Assembly (NCBI GenBank): GCA_016699045.1
Contig: CP064957.1
Location: 409,784 to 473,783 of the forward strand
Source of the DNA: a bacterium
GTDB taxonomy: Bacteria > Babelota > Babeliae > Babelales > RVW-14
Length of the DNA: 64,000 nucleotides
Reading direction: 5' to 3'
Shown: positions 46,251 through 53,855 of the stretch, one piece after another
How the letters are laid out: each line of letters starts with the position of its first letter
Numbering within the stretch: the stretch's first letter is position 1
Notes under the pieces: model-generated
What the model was told of the DNA's origin: nothing
Seen by the model: only the letters and a program-made list of their open reading frames with translations
Database searches by the model: none
Program-made: the position numbers and the translations under genes

Positions 46251-47237
46251 ATGATTTTTCTCATTTTTTTCGGCATTCTCTTTTTGTTCTTGGCTTTTTT
46301 GCTGATCAAAGCAACGTACGTTGTCAAACAAGCTGAAGTTGTAATCATCGAACGCTTTGGTAGTTTTCAACGTGTTTTAAAGCCAGGCCTCAATTTTGTT
46401 ATGCCATTTGCAGACAAACCCCGCCAAGTATTGTGGACATTTATTCAAGAAGAAGCACGCAGCGGAAAAATGTATCGATTCTCTCGCTATATTGAACGTA
46501 TTGATTTGCGCGAAAGCGTTTACGATTTTCCAAAACAAAACGTTATTACCAAAGACAACGTTACCATGGAAATTAACGCCCTGCTTTATTTCCAAATTAC
46601 CGATCCAATAGCTGCAACGTACGAAATAGACAACTTGCCACAAGGTATTGAAAAACTCACCCAGACAACCTTACGTAACATTATAGGCTCATTGGATCTT
46701 GATGAATCGCTCACTTCACGCGATATGATCAACGAAAAACTTACGCTCATTCTTGATGAAGCAACCGATAAATGGGGCGTTAAAGTTAATCGCGTTGAGC
46801 TCCAAGAAGTCAACCCACCACGCGATATTAGAGATGCGATGGAAAAACAAATGCGAGCAGAACGTGATCGCCGTGCCCACATTTTAGAAGCTGAAGGTTT
46901 TAAAACAGCTGCGGTTCTGGAAGCTGAAGGTAAAAAGAGTGCGGCCATCTTAGAAGCTGAAGGCGTGCAAATGTCTCAAGTCATGCGCGCAAAAGGTGAG
47001 TCTGATGCTCGTCGCTTGCTGGCGCAAGGTGAAGCAGATGCTATAAAATTGGTGCGAGATGCAATTCCAAACCAAGACCCACTGCCATACATGACCGCCA
47101 TCAATTACATCAAGGTATTACCAGAAATGATGAAAGATAAAAATGGCAAACTCATTGTAATTCCGTATGAAGCAAGTGCTGTTATGGGTTCATTAAGTGG
47201 CATTAAAACACTTTTTAAGGACCTTGATAAATCTTAA
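46251..47237 (+). CDS. SPFH/band-7 (stomatin/prohibitin-like) protein
   Basis: N-terminal anchor, then VVKQAEVVIIERFGSFQRVLKPGLNFVMPF...DFPKQNVITKDNVTMEINALLYFQITDP...RAERDRRAHILEAEG. Confidence 0.9.
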   Translation: MIFLIFFGILFLFLAFLLIKATYVVKQAEVVIIERFGSFQRVLKPGLNFVMPFADKPRQVLWTFIQEEARSGKMYRFSRYIERIDLRESVYDFPKQNVITKDNVTMEINALLYFQITDPIAATYEIDNLPQGIEKLTQTTLRNIIGSLDLDESLTSRDMINEKLTLILDEATDKWGVKVNRVELQEVNPPRDIRDAMEKQMRAERDRRAHILEAEGFKTAAVLEAEGKKSAAILEAEGVQMSQVMRAKGESDARRLLAQGEADAIKLVRDAIPNQDPLPYMTAINYIKVLPEMMKDKNGKLIVIPYEASAVMGSLSGIKTLFKDLDKS

Positions 47238-47262
47238 TTAATAAAAAAAGGAGCTTACAAAG

Positions 47263-47559
47263 ATGGTTAACCGCATTAAAATTCCTGTTATGTTTTTAGG
47301 CGGCTTACTGTTTTTTTGGTGGGCATTTTTATTATTTGCACGTAACAACACGGAAGATGCTCACCTTTATAGTAAAAACGCTTACTGCCAAAATACCAGT
47401 AAAATTTATGCTGATTTGGGCGAACTTGCGGAAAAAAGGCAAGACTTCCAGCAAGCAATTAGACACTATACAACAGCGCTGAATTTTCAGTCAGATCATG
47501 ACATTACTAAAAAACTTAATGCATGTTACAAGTTTCTGAATACAACTCATGCTACTTAA
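47263..47559 (+). CDS. Small membrane-anchored protein with one TPR-like motif
   Basis: 98 aa. Anchor IPVMFLGGLLFFWWAFLLFA. LGELAEKRQDFQQAIRHYTTALNF is TPR-like. Confidence 0.4.
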   Translation: MVNRIKIPVMFLGGLLFFWWAFLLFARNNTEDAHLYSKNAYCQNTSKIYADLGELAEKRQDFQQAIRHYTTALNFQSDHDITKKLNACYKFLNTTHAT

Positions 47560-47590
47560 AGAATAAACACGTTTTCTTATATTTATCGTA

Positions 47591-47623
47591 AAAAGGCACG
47601 GAACAAAATACCGTGCCTTTTTT
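47591..47623 (+). terminator. Rho-independent terminator
   Basis: Stem ggcacgg (47595..47601) / ccgtgcc (47611..47617) with a 9-nt loop, followed by TTTTTT. Confidence 0.55.
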
Positions 47624-47751
47624 GATTATAACCATAGAATCTAGACTATTTTTTATTCTAAAAAACATTATTTGCTTTTTTTTTAGTAACCATGCTACTG
47701 TACCTAAACAAGTAATTTTTTAAAATAATCTTTCATAATGCGAAGGAAAAA

Positions 47752-48423
47752 ATGCTTAAAAAAATATTCGTAGCATTGGGAATCTTCGTAAATATTTATG
47801 CTCCTTCCAATTACGGAGCAGCACCTCTAACGGCACGTCCCAAGCCCACCCACGAAGAATTAATCAAAAAAATGGTTTTTCTTACCGCGTCAGAAATCAA
47901 AATTCCCTACCTGTTATTTCAAGAAATACACGAAAAAATAGTCTACCTTTGTGAAATGTTTTATCGGGCAAAAACATATCACAAGCAAGAAGAAGCAGCT
48001 TGTTTGTTAATGTTATTAGAAGCTTTTCATACAAACGCACCAAAGACAGCCTTTTCTGAAAATGTCATCATCGCGGCTACGCGTTATGGCCTTACCAAAT
48101 CTTGCAAGCAATCACTCTTCTTCATTGGCGATGATAATACCATGTCGGACATGATTTATCACAGCATTCAACTGATACTTTACCAACAACAATCAGGCTA
48201 TTTTTGGTATAACATGATCTCAGATCTTGAGTATTGTAAAGCTGTGCAAATCTCAGATATCGTCAATCAATACAATCAACCTAAAAAAGAATCACAAAAG
48301 AAAAAAAATATTCGAATCAAAAAAAATGCAAAAAAAAGAATTGTCCTAACTAAAAAAGCAAAAAACAAATTCTGCCACAGGTCTTCTGAAAAGCACATAA
48401 GATTATGGAAAAAAAAACAATAG
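47752..48423 (+). CDS. Hypothetical secreted protein (family B, member 1) with Lys-rich tail
   Basis: Signal peptide MLKKIFVALGIFVNIYAPSNYGAA. Core IPYLLFQEIHEKIVYLCEMF...YGLTKSCKQSLFFIGDDNTMSDMIYHSIQLILYQ...FWYNMISDLEYCK. Tail KKESQKKKNIRIKKNAKKRIVLTKKAKNK. Confidence 0.55.
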   Translation: MLKKIFVALGIFVNIYAPSNYGAAPLTARPKPTHEELIKKMVFLTASEIKIPYLLFQEIHEKIVYLCEMFYRAKTYHKQEEAACLLMLLEAFHTNAPKTAFSENVIIAATRYGLTKSCKQSLFFIGDDNTMSDMIYHSIQLILYQQQSGYFWYNMISDLEYCKAVQISDIVNQYNQPKKESQKKKNIRIKKNAKKRIVLTKKAKNKFCHRSSEKHIRLWKKKQ

Positions 48424-48962
48424 CAGCTTTAAGCCTCATAAATATTTTTTATACAATAAGCGGATACGGAACAGCACGCGAACTTTTTCTGTACAGATCT
48501 AAAAGCGAATTATCTGCCGCTCAACAAAGCGTCATTATCATTGTTGCAACAAATACTCAAATTCCTTTTTTATATTTTAAAGAAATAGAAAAAAAAATTG
48601 ATACCATATTTTCGCATCTCGCTCATATAAAAAAATTACAACCACGCGAAGAAGAACGCTTTTTTAATTTTTTCAAACACCTTCTTGCCGCTCGACCAGG
48701 CCAAGCTCTTACTCACGACATTATGGTATTTGCTCAAGAATTTGGTTTAACACAATCAATGCATAATGCTTTTTTTCTTATCAAAAATAATGGCATGATA
48801 ACCGACATGGCACATCAATGCATTCAAGTAATTATTACCGAGCTCATTGAAGATTTTTATTGTCATTTCACTATTAATGAATTAGAAAAAATGAGAAAAA
48901 TAAAAATTAAAAAAAATAAAAACCAATATGGTAAAAAAGAATCAATTTTTCAACACAATTAA
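48405..48962 (+). CDS. Hypothetical secreted protein (family B, member 2) with Lys-rich tail
   Basis: Signal peptide MEKKTIAALSLINIFYTISGYG. Core IPFLYFKEIEKKIDTIFSHL...FGLTQSMHNAFFLIKNNGMITDMAHQCIQVIITE. Tail MRKIKIKKNKNQYGKKE. 19-nt overlap with member 1. Confidence 0.55.
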   Translation: MEKKTIAALSLINIFYTISGYGTARELFLYRSKSELSAAQQSVIIIVATNTQIPFLYFKEIEKKIDTIFSHLAHIKKLQPREEERFFNFFKHLLAARPGQALTHDIMVFAQEFGLTQSMHNAFFLIKNNGMITDMAHQCIQVIITELIEDFYCHFTINELEKMRKIKIKKNKNQYGKKESIFQHN

Positions 48963-48972
48963 CAACAAGACA

Positions 48973-49926
48973 ATGCAGATCGTGAAAAAAATAATATTCA
49001 TGGGATTAATGACAACACTCTCATGCCGCATAAAAATTCATGGTGCAGCCAATTTACCATTGCAATTTATTACACTTGATACAGAAGATCCTTCGAGCAA
49101 AATAGTCAAAATCGTCTCATCAAAAACAAAAGTTCCTTACCTTTTTTTTGAAGAAATACATAAAAAAATAGTTGAGTTATGCACATTGCTCGGCGAAACA
49201 AAAAAATTAAGACTTGAAACTGAAACAACAATTTTATGTTATCTGTGCAATTTTTTACTTACTTATCCAAAAGAATATCAAAAGCAAGATACCAAGATAG
49301 GGCTCCTTCTTGACAAAATAACCAAGTTTGTAGCCGACAAACTCCCCCCATCACCAGACATACCTGATATTGAAAAAATCTTAATAGATTACACTTTATA
49401 CTTTTTTGAAGATGATGAAAACATAAGATTGGCAGAAAATGTAGCCGAATGCATACAAATAATTTTATATAACGCCGGCAATAATTTTTATTGGTATAAT
49501 CTAATTGAAACATTAGAATACAACAAAGAAATCGTTATTTATACGCCACAATCACCCTTCTCTTCGCTCAAACAAGGCAGCAGCCGTATAAGATCGACTT
49601 TTTCAAACAGCCCGGTCAGCAGCAGCGGCAATGAATCAGACGATAAAATCAAAAGGCATTCAAGTATGCCAACTACGCCAACGATAGAACATGGATTATC
49701 CCTCAAACAACACCATCTCGACAGAATAGACAGAAGCCCAGACTGCGATGGCGACTTCACGCACAACCCTCCTAAACATGGATACTCGTCGCCACTCACA
49801 CGCATAAGCCCCGTAAAAAAAGTGGCTCCTTTAGAAATTCATCAGCCAAAAAGCAGCCAAAGCAATTCAACTAAAGTTACTATCATGGAATGCTTAATGG
49901 AAAAGAAATATCCCCAAGAACTCTAG
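48973..49926 (+). CDS. Hypothetical secreted protein (family B, member 3) with Ser/Pro-rich tail
   Basis: ATG at 48973. Signal peptide MQIVKKIIFMGLMTTLSCRIKIHGAA. Core VPYLFFEEIHKKIVELCTLL...RLAENVAECIQIILYNAGNNFYWYNLIETLEYNK, followed by an S/P/T-rich region. Confidence 0.55.
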   Translation: MQIVKKIIFMGLMTTLSCRIKIHGAANLPLQFITLDTEDPSSKIVKIVSSKTKVPYLFFEEIHKKIVELCTLLGETKKLRLETETTILCYLCNFLLTYPKEYQKQDTKIGLLLDKITKFVADKLPPSPDIPDIEKILIDYTLYFFEDDENIRLAENVAECIQIILYNAGNNFYWYNLIETLEYNKEIVIYTPQSPFSSLKQGSSRIRSTFSNSPVSSSGNESDDKIKRHSSMPTTPTIEHGLSLKQHHLDRIDRSPDCDGDFTHNPPKHGYSSPLTRISPVKKVAPLEIHQPKSSQSNSTKVTIMECLMEKKYPQEL

Positions 49927-50390
49927 ACGAAGAAAAACCTAAACGTCCCTCTCCACCACTCAAAAAATCAAGCGTTATCAATCCCCGCGGCAGCCTAGAT
50001 GAAGTTGTGCACAAAAAAGACACAAGCTCGCCTCCTCAAACAAATCCTTTGATAAAACGACTCTCTCTGCGCGAAGATGGACGCCCTTCTTCAGGAAGTC
50101 CTCACCGTCCAGGCACGCCATCGCAAAAATCTAGCGAAGAATACCCACCTCATGCACCAAGAAAAATGCTGGGCAATTTACGCATCAGCAAAGCACTTCA
50201 AAGAAACAAGACCGAGCTTCCATCGCAATTCAGCAGAAGCAAAGCCTCATCGCCCGCTGCTAACTCACCACACACGCCATCGCCACACAGCCAAAGCTCA
50301 ACATCATCGCTGCTCACATCAGCATCTTACTCAAAGCCTTTTGAAAGCGACAAAGGAGAAGAGGATGAGCAAAGCCGACAATTTAGTTAA
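49890..50390 (+). CDS. Ser/Pro-rich disordered ORF, probably the frame-shifted continuation of 48973..49926
   Basis: 166 aa with no signal peptide. Its composition (SPPLKKSS, SPHRPGTPSQKSS, SPHTPSPHSQSS) continues that of the upstream tail. The two frames overlap at 49873..49926. Confidence 0.4.
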   Translation: MLNGKEISPRTLDEEKPKRPSPPLKKSSVINPRGSLDEVVHKKDTSSPPQTNPLIKRLSLREDGRPSSGSPHRPGTPSQKSSEEYPPHAPRKMLGNLRISKALQRNKTELPSQFSRSKASSPAANSPHTPSPHSQSSTSSLLTSASYSKPFESDKGEEDEQSRQFS

Positions 50391-51961
50391 AAAATAGTTG
50401 CCAATGAACGATGATACGTAATGGCAAAATGATGAACGTAATCACGCAAACCTATCAGCAATTGGGCAGCATGCGTTTTTTGATCAAGCATTAACCCGTG
50501 GGGAAATCGTTTTGAAAAAACGGTTTCTTCGCGTTTTGCAAGGCTGACAAATTCGGTTTGAGGAAATAAGTGTTCTACGGCACTCAGTTGCCCCTTGCCG
50601 CCATCAATAACGATCAGGTCAGGTAGCTCGGCAACGTTGTGATAACGCCGCGACACAATTTCACGCAAGCAGGCATAATCATCTTGCCCGTGCACGGTTT
50701 TGATTTTAAAACGTCTAAAGTTATCTTTGTCGGGCTGCCCATCTTTAAATCGCACGCAGGCCCCAACCATAAACGTTCCTTGTTTGTGCGAAATATCAAA
50801 ACAATCGATAGTACGCGGCTCGAGAGGCAGCTTAAGTAACCGCTTAAGCTCTTTACCCAAAGTTGCATGTTTTTTAAGCTCTTCTTCGACATGAATGAGC
50901 GCCATGCGCACAATACCCGCGTGATGATCTTGCGTTGGCTTGCTGATCGAAATATCACCCTCTCGCTCATGCCAGGTTTCTAAAAACTTTTCAAGCAATG
51001 TGCGCTCATGTTTGGGAATATCAATGTTCGTTAAAATAGTTGAAGCGGGCGGCATCATGCGATAGTAACTTAAAAAATATTCTATAACAATCTCAAGCTG
51101 CGCATCTTTTTCGCTAAAAAATGGTAAATAAAAAAGTCGTTTTTTTTGCAACACGCCATCACGCTCAACAAAGAAAAAAAGCACGAGATTATCAAGCGAT
51201 AGTATCCAAACATGCTTAAGGCCAACTATTTCAACCCGAGTTGGTTTCACATCAAGCGTCATAAAAACACGCTCAAATGCCTGCTGATACCCGTGCAACT
51301 CACGCGCTTTTTCAAATTCACGGTTGGCACTATAATCTTTTATCTGTTTTTCAAGATAAGTAAAAAACTTTTTATGGCCTTGTACTAAGGCCTTTTTCGC
51401 TAACTCAAGCCGAGCTTTGTAAGCTTCTTGATCAAAATCTGCACGACACGAACCCGCACACATACCAAGATGGTAATACAAACAGCCATTCGCAATTTTT
51501 TTGCCACACAATTTTAAGCGAAATGTTTTCATCAAAAAATCAAAAACGCGACGCACGGGGCCCTTTTCAATAAATGGACCAAAATAAGTGCCCTTGGCTT
51601 TTTTTTGCCGTACCATAGAAAGCCGCGGCAAATCGCCCGATGAAATCATCAAATACAAAAAAGGCTGCCCCGTTTTGTACATGATATTGTGCTTTGGCTT
51701 GTGGCTCTGAATCAGCTTTGCTTCAAGCAGCATTGCCTCAAGCTCAGTATCGGTCGCCACAAAATCAAGCGCACAGCTGGATTCTACAATGGCATGCGCG
51801 CGAAAATCTGCATGAGCACTCACATAACTCCCCACACGCGAACGCAAATTTTTTGCTTTGCCAATGTAAACAATATCATCTAAGGCATCTTTAAAAAAAT
51901 AGACGCCCGACGTTTGTGGTAGGCGTTTTATCTGGTCGAGCAATTGATTTTTTTCTTTCAT
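50387..51961 (-). CDS. uvrC: Excinuclease ABC subunit C, short form lacking the C-terminal (HhH)2 domain
   Basis: GIY-YIG domain (SGVYFFKDALDDIVYIGKAKNLRSRVGSY), UVR-like helix pair (ANREFEKARELHGYQQAFE), and an RNase H-like endonuclease domain (FDISH...PDLIVIDGGKGQL). The protein ends right after the HHFAITYHR region. Start ATG at 51961 behind the RBS aagga. Confidence 0.85.
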   Translation of the reverse strand: MKEKNQLLDQIKRLPQTSGVYFFKDALDDIVYIGKAKNLRSRVGSYVSAHADFRAHAIVESSCALDFVATDTELEAMLLEAKLIQSHKPKHNIMYKTGQPFLYLMISSGDLPRLSMVRQKKAKGTYFGPFIEKGPVRRVFDFLMKTFRLKLCGKKIANGCLYYHLGMCAGSCRADFDQEAYKARLELAKKALVQGHKKFFTYLEKQIKDYSANREFEKARELHGYQQAFERVFMTLDVKPTRVEIVGLKHVWILSLDNLVLFFFVERDGVLQKKRLFYLPFFSEKDAQLEIVIEYFLSYYRMMPPASTILTNIDIPKHERTLLEKFLETWHEREGDISISKPTQDHHAGIVRMALIHVEEELKKHATLGKELKRLLKLPLEPRTIDCFDISHKQGTFMVGACVRFKDGQPDKDNFRRFKIKTVHGQDDYACLREIVSRRYHNVAELPDLIVIDGGKGQLSAVEHLFPQTEFVSLAKREETVFSKRFPHGLMLDQKTHAAQLLIGLRDYVHHFAITYHRSLATIF

Positions 51962-52091
51962 TTCGAATCCTTGCAATAAAATCATTCTCTCTCTCTTCAT
52001 TTTATGGTAATTTACAGAAAATAAAACCGTCGGTCGGGAAAGTAGAAAAAGAAATCAAAAAACACCTTTTTTCAATAAACAGAAAGACGCC

Positions 52092-53309
52092 ATGTTCCAC
52101 AAACTTAAAATTCCATTGCTCGTTATTTTTATTGGTGGTACCAGCTTTTGGTTCGGCAATAAAATGTATTTTTATTACACGCACGAAAGCGCACCTGTCG
52201 TCAGTTTGAGCGGCATTACTCAAGACGGAACGTATCAGGGTGTTGTTGCCTGTTCAATCTTTGCCAATAACGATTATAAAATTAGCTCTATCGCCCCATT
52301 TTTAGATGGCCAACCTTATAATTTGAATACCAATACCAACGTCCGCAGCCGTACTTTTACGCTACCATTTTCTCTCGATACAACACAATTGGCAGATGGT
52401 AAACACAGCTTTGAAATACAGGCACAAGATTCAAGCTATCACGCCAACAAAGCAAATCATCATTGGGATTTTTATGTGGACAACGTACCGCTTAAAGCTG
52501 ACTTTTTACGTCCAAGTTATAAAGTTGAGCAAGGCAAGACGATGCACGTCAGCATTCAAGCAAATAAAATTTTAGCAAAAGCATCTCTCTCCTTTTTGGG
52601 TAAAACGTTCAACTGCTACCAAAGTTCACCAACCAACACAACATACGAATGCTTTATTGGCATCGATTGTGAAGAACATCCAGTGGAACAAATGCTGGTC
52701 GCCGACCTTGAAGATGCTGCACAAAACAGTATCAAACTGACCGCCAAGGCAGAAGTAGCCGCCTTCCCATTTCCACGCCAAAAGAACGGCTTTTCAGTCA
52801 ACAGCAAAAAGCTTGAGCATGAAAAAGAAATCAGCATGAATACCAAAATTTTGGAAGAAGCGGTTGGCAAGTGGTCACAAGATTCTGCCAAGCAAAAAAT
52901 GTGGAATAGCCCATTTGAAATGCCAACACAAATTCGTCGCATTTCCACGCCATTTGGCGAAGTGCGCGTAACGCCTGAACGCGGCCGCTACCTCCACAAA
53001 GGACTTGATTTGGTTAATGATCCCAAGAGCGTTGTGTGGGCAAGCCAAAACGGCAAAGTGATTATTAAAGAACGTTATTTGATGACCGGCAACACGATGG
53101 TTATCGACCATGGCCTTGGCGTCACCACGTTGTACGCACATCTTGAAGAATTTATGGGCGACCTTGAAGTCGGCGATTTTGTTAAAAAGGGCAATCCAAT
53201 TGGCAAGATTGGTATGACTGGTTATGCCAGCGGCTACCATCTGCATTGGGAACTGCGCGTTAACAACACGCCGGTTGATCCAACTGAGTGGACACAAAAT
53301 ATTTATTAA
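52092..53309 (+). CDS. M23 (LytM-type) metallopeptidase with N-terminal anchor
   Basis: Anchor IPLLVIFIGGTSFWF. C-terminal M23 motifs LHKGLDL (HxxxD) and GYHLHWELRVNNTPVDP (HxH). Confidence 0.85.
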   Translation: MFHKLKIPLLVIFIGGTSFWFGNKMYFYYTHESAPVVSLSGITQDGTYQGVVACSIFANNDYKISSIAPFLDGQPYNLNTNTNVRSRTFTLPFSLDTTQLADGKHSFEIQAQDSSYHANKANHHWDFYVDNVPLKADFLRPSYKVEQGKTMHVSIQANKILAKASLSFLGKTFNCYQSSPTNTTYECFIGIDCEEHPVEQMLVADLEDAAQNSIKLTAKAEVAAFPFPRQKNGFSVNSKKLEHEKEISMNTKILEEAVGKWSQDSAKQKMWNSPFEMPTQIRRISTPFGEVRVTPERGRYLHKGLDLVNDPKSVVWASQNGKVIIKERYLMTGNTMVIDHGLGVTTLYAHLEEFMGDLEVGDFVKKGNPIGKIGMTGYASGYHLHWELRVNNTPVDPTEWTQNIY

Positions 53310-53360
53310 GAGCGTATCACATTAAATAAACAACACGTTAACCGAAGAGGAAAATACATC

Positions 53361-53795
53361 ATGCAAACAAAATTTTTAGGATCATTGTTCGTTGCCTTGG
53401 CTTTTGCTACCACCGCAACACTAGCAGCCAATCCGCTACATGAAGCAGCTAAAAATGGCGACAAGGCGAGTATAAGAAGATTTTTGGCAGACACAAATTG
53501 CAATATTGAAGATCGAGATGATTTCGGCAGGACGCCACTTATTTTGGCTGCTGAGTATGGCCATTTGAATTGTATCAAAATACTTACATCTTGTGGTGCT
53601 GATATTAAAAAAAATGGCACAACAGCTCTGCATGCAGCTGCTAAAAATGGCCATACTAGCTGCGTAGATTATTTGAAAGCTAAAATTACAGCTGATTGTG
53701 CAGCAAAAAATCCATATGGCAACACACCACAAGAGCTAGATGGAGAGTATCTTTTTGGTTATGAAAGCTATCTTTTTGACGATGAAGCATTTTAA
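53361..53795 (+). CDS. Secreted ankyrin-repeat protein
   Basis: Signal peptide MQTKFLGSLFVALAFATTATLAA. ANK repeats NPLHEAAKNGDKASIRRFLAD, TPLILAAEYGHLNCIKILTSCGADI, TALHAAAKNGHTSCVDYL. Confidence 0.9.
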   Translation: MQTKFLGSLFVALAFATTATLAANPLHEAAKNGDKASIRRFLADTNCNIEDRDDFGRTPLILAAEYGHLNCIKILTSCGADIKKNGTTALHAAAKNGHTSCVDYLKAKITADCAAKNPYGNTPQELDGEYLFGYESYLFDDEAF

Positions 53796-53855
53796 ACTTC
53801 TGAAATCAACAAATAAATCTAAAAATTACAAGGGCTGCAGAAATGCGGCCCTTTT

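Noticed and set aside
10805-50390. An alternative genetic code (stop-codon reassignment) as the explanation for the broken genes.
   Set aside because: The breaks are frame changes, not in-frame stops. All conserved genes (typA, murG, acs, secA and others) read through cleanly with the standard code.
50077-50397. A 106-aa alternative-frame ORF within the S/P-rich region.
   Set aside because: It overlaps 49890..50390 in another frame. The latter continues the composition of the upstream protein tail and is preferred.
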